From positions 28,927,342-28,978,362 of the forward strand of contig NC_068999.1 in assembly GCF_001194135.2 (NCBI RefSeq): a DNA stretch of 51,021 nucleotides, given 5' to 3'. Source of the stretch: Octopus bimaculoides. Taxonomy: Eukaryota. Below the pieces are notes generated by a model. The model saw only the letters and a list, made by a program, of their open reading frames with translations. It searched no databases and was not told the DNA's origin. Below, in pieces: positions 49,401 through 51,021 of this stretch (position 1 is its first letter; each line of letters begins with the position of its first letter). The position numbers were made by a program, and so were the translations under genes.

Positions 49401-49813
49401 TAAAATACACCAGTTTGAGCGTAACCCTTGCCAGTACCACCTGACTGGCCTTGTGCCGATGGCATGTAAAAGCACCCACTACACTCTCTGAGTGGTTGAT
49501 GTTAGGAAGGGTATCCAGCTGTAGAAACACTGCTAAATGCTGTGCATGAGAAGACCCGGCAGCCAAGTGAGACCTAAATCTAAGGCCTCAGCCAGTCCAC
49601 TTATGCGTACCTTCCTTCATTGGACACTAGACTCCATTTGCGTAGACCTGTTGAGGCAAGTGAAATCGAAATCTAGTTAAATTGGACGACTGGCACCCAT
49701 GCCAACGTCGTCTCTTTCATTGGACACGAAACTTGGCTTGCAAAGACTTATTGGGGAAAGCGAAATCGTGAAGGCACCTGTGCCCAGCATCGCCTTTCTG
49801 GCACTTGTGCTCG
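46420..49813 (+). mobile_element. Longest RTE LINE copy (APE, RT, C-terminus) with tandemly repeated 3' UTR start; decayed
   Basis: ORFs 46532-47002, 47566-47793, 47957-48409 and 48460-49095 are collinear pieces of one ORF2. Confidence 0.95.
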
Positions 49814-50389
49814 NNNNNNNNNNNNNNNNNNNNNNNNNNNNNNNNNNNNNNNNNNNNNNNNNNNNNNNNNNNNNNNNNNNNNNNNNNNNNNNNNNNNNNN
49901 NNNNNNNNNNNNNNNNNNNNNNNNNNNNNNNNNNNNNNNNNNNNNNNNNNNNNNNNNNNNNNNNNNNNNNNNNNNNNNNNNNNNNNNNNNNNNNNNNNNN
50001 NNNNNNNNNNNNNNNNNNNNNNNNNNNNNNNNNNNNNNNNNNNNNNNNNNNNNNNNNNNNNNNNNNNNNNNNNNNNNNNNNNNNNNNNNNNNNNNNNNNN
50101 NNNNNNNNNNNNNNNNNNNNNNNNNNNNNNNNNNNNNNNNNNNNNNNNNNNNNNNNNNNNNNNNNNNNNNNNNNNNNNNNNNNNNNNNNNNNNNNNNNNN
50201 NNNNNNNNNNNNNNNNNNNNNNNNNNNNNNNNNNNNNNNNNNNNNNNNNNNNNNNNNNNNNNNNNNNNNNNNNNNNNNNNNNNNNNNNNNNNNNNNNNNN
50301 NNNNNNNNNNNNNNNNNNNNNNNNNNNNNNNNNNNNNNNNNNNNNNNNNNNNNNNNNNNNNNNNNNNNNNNNNNNNNNNNNNNNNNNNN

Positions 50390-50665
50390 TGGTAGACGGA
50401 AACTGATAGAAGCCTGTCGTATATATGTATATATATATGTATGTGTGTATGTGTTTGTATGTCTGTGTTTGTCCCCCCAGCATCGCTTGACAACCGATGC
50501 TGGTGTGTTTATGTCCCCGTAACTTAGCGGTTCGGCAAAAGAGACCGAAAGAATAAGTACTAGGCTTCCAAAGAATAAGTCCTGGGGTTGATTTGCTCGA
50601 CTAAAGGCGGTGCTCCAGCATGGCCACAGTCAAAAAGACTGAAACAAGTAAAAGAGTAAAAGAAT
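50390..50665 (+). mobile_element. SINE 3' two-thirds following an N gap
   Basis: ggtagacggaaactga..gaataagtactaggctt..gaaacaagtaaaagagtaaaaga. Confidence 0.85.
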
Positions 50666-50714
50666 ACATATGAAATGCAGGCGACTGACCGGATGGACTC
50701 TTAAGACTTAGAAA

Positions 50715-51021
50715 AAGAGATCAGGAAACCATGATGGTGCTCTGGAAGACACTTGTTCTAAGCCACTTTCACTATTGCTCTCAACTATGGTGACCAACCA
50801 GTGTCAAATTAATCTCAGAACTTGAGCGAATCCAACGAAGCTACACGAAGAAGATAGCCTCTATGCAGCATATAAGCTATTGGGAAAGACTCAAGAGATT
50901 AAGACTCTACTACTTAGAGCGAAGACAAGAAAGATATGCCATAATATACATCTGGAAGATCCTCGAAGGAATTGTCCCAAACTTTGGCATCGAAAGTTAC
51001 ACAAATAAAAGAACTGGACGC
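50715..51021 (+). mobile_element. CR1-like LINE fragment (third subfamily) running off the window
   Basis: MVLWKTLVLSH..YCSQLW..YLERRQERYAIIYIWKILEGIVPNFG. Confidence 0.82.

Overview
Eukaryotic, AT-rich, gapped genomic window. The repeat families look like those of an octopus or other cephalopod assembly; this is inference. It is the interior of a single minus-strand Cullin-3 (CUL3) gene. Eight coding exons were located by hand, all with GT-AG borders and consistent phases: 41302-41416, 40894-41025, 35363-35410, 34581-34629, 20282-20430, 17426-17602, 14175-14345 and 9309-9416. They correspond to human exons 5-10 as recalled; the gene starts and ends outside the window. The introns are packed with decayed transposons: RTE LINEs in both orientations, CR1-like LINEs, a HERO/NeSL-like R2-superfamily element, a Penelope-like GIY-YIG element, two DD34D mariners (one nearly intact), a DD37D/maT relic, non-autonomous Helitrons, piggyBac-like and hAT MITEs, fold-back elements, tRNA-derived SINEs and microsatellites. 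Most ORFs in the supplied track are TE fragments, microsatellite read-throughs or N-gap artefacts. No clearly new system is proven. The best leads are a PHD-like C4HC3 finger inside RTE ORF2, a mariner whose reading frame is broken only by one UAG, near-identical inverted LINE pairs bracketing CUL3 exons (dsRNA, editing or circRNA potential), modular tandem Helitrons and candidate poison micro-exons.
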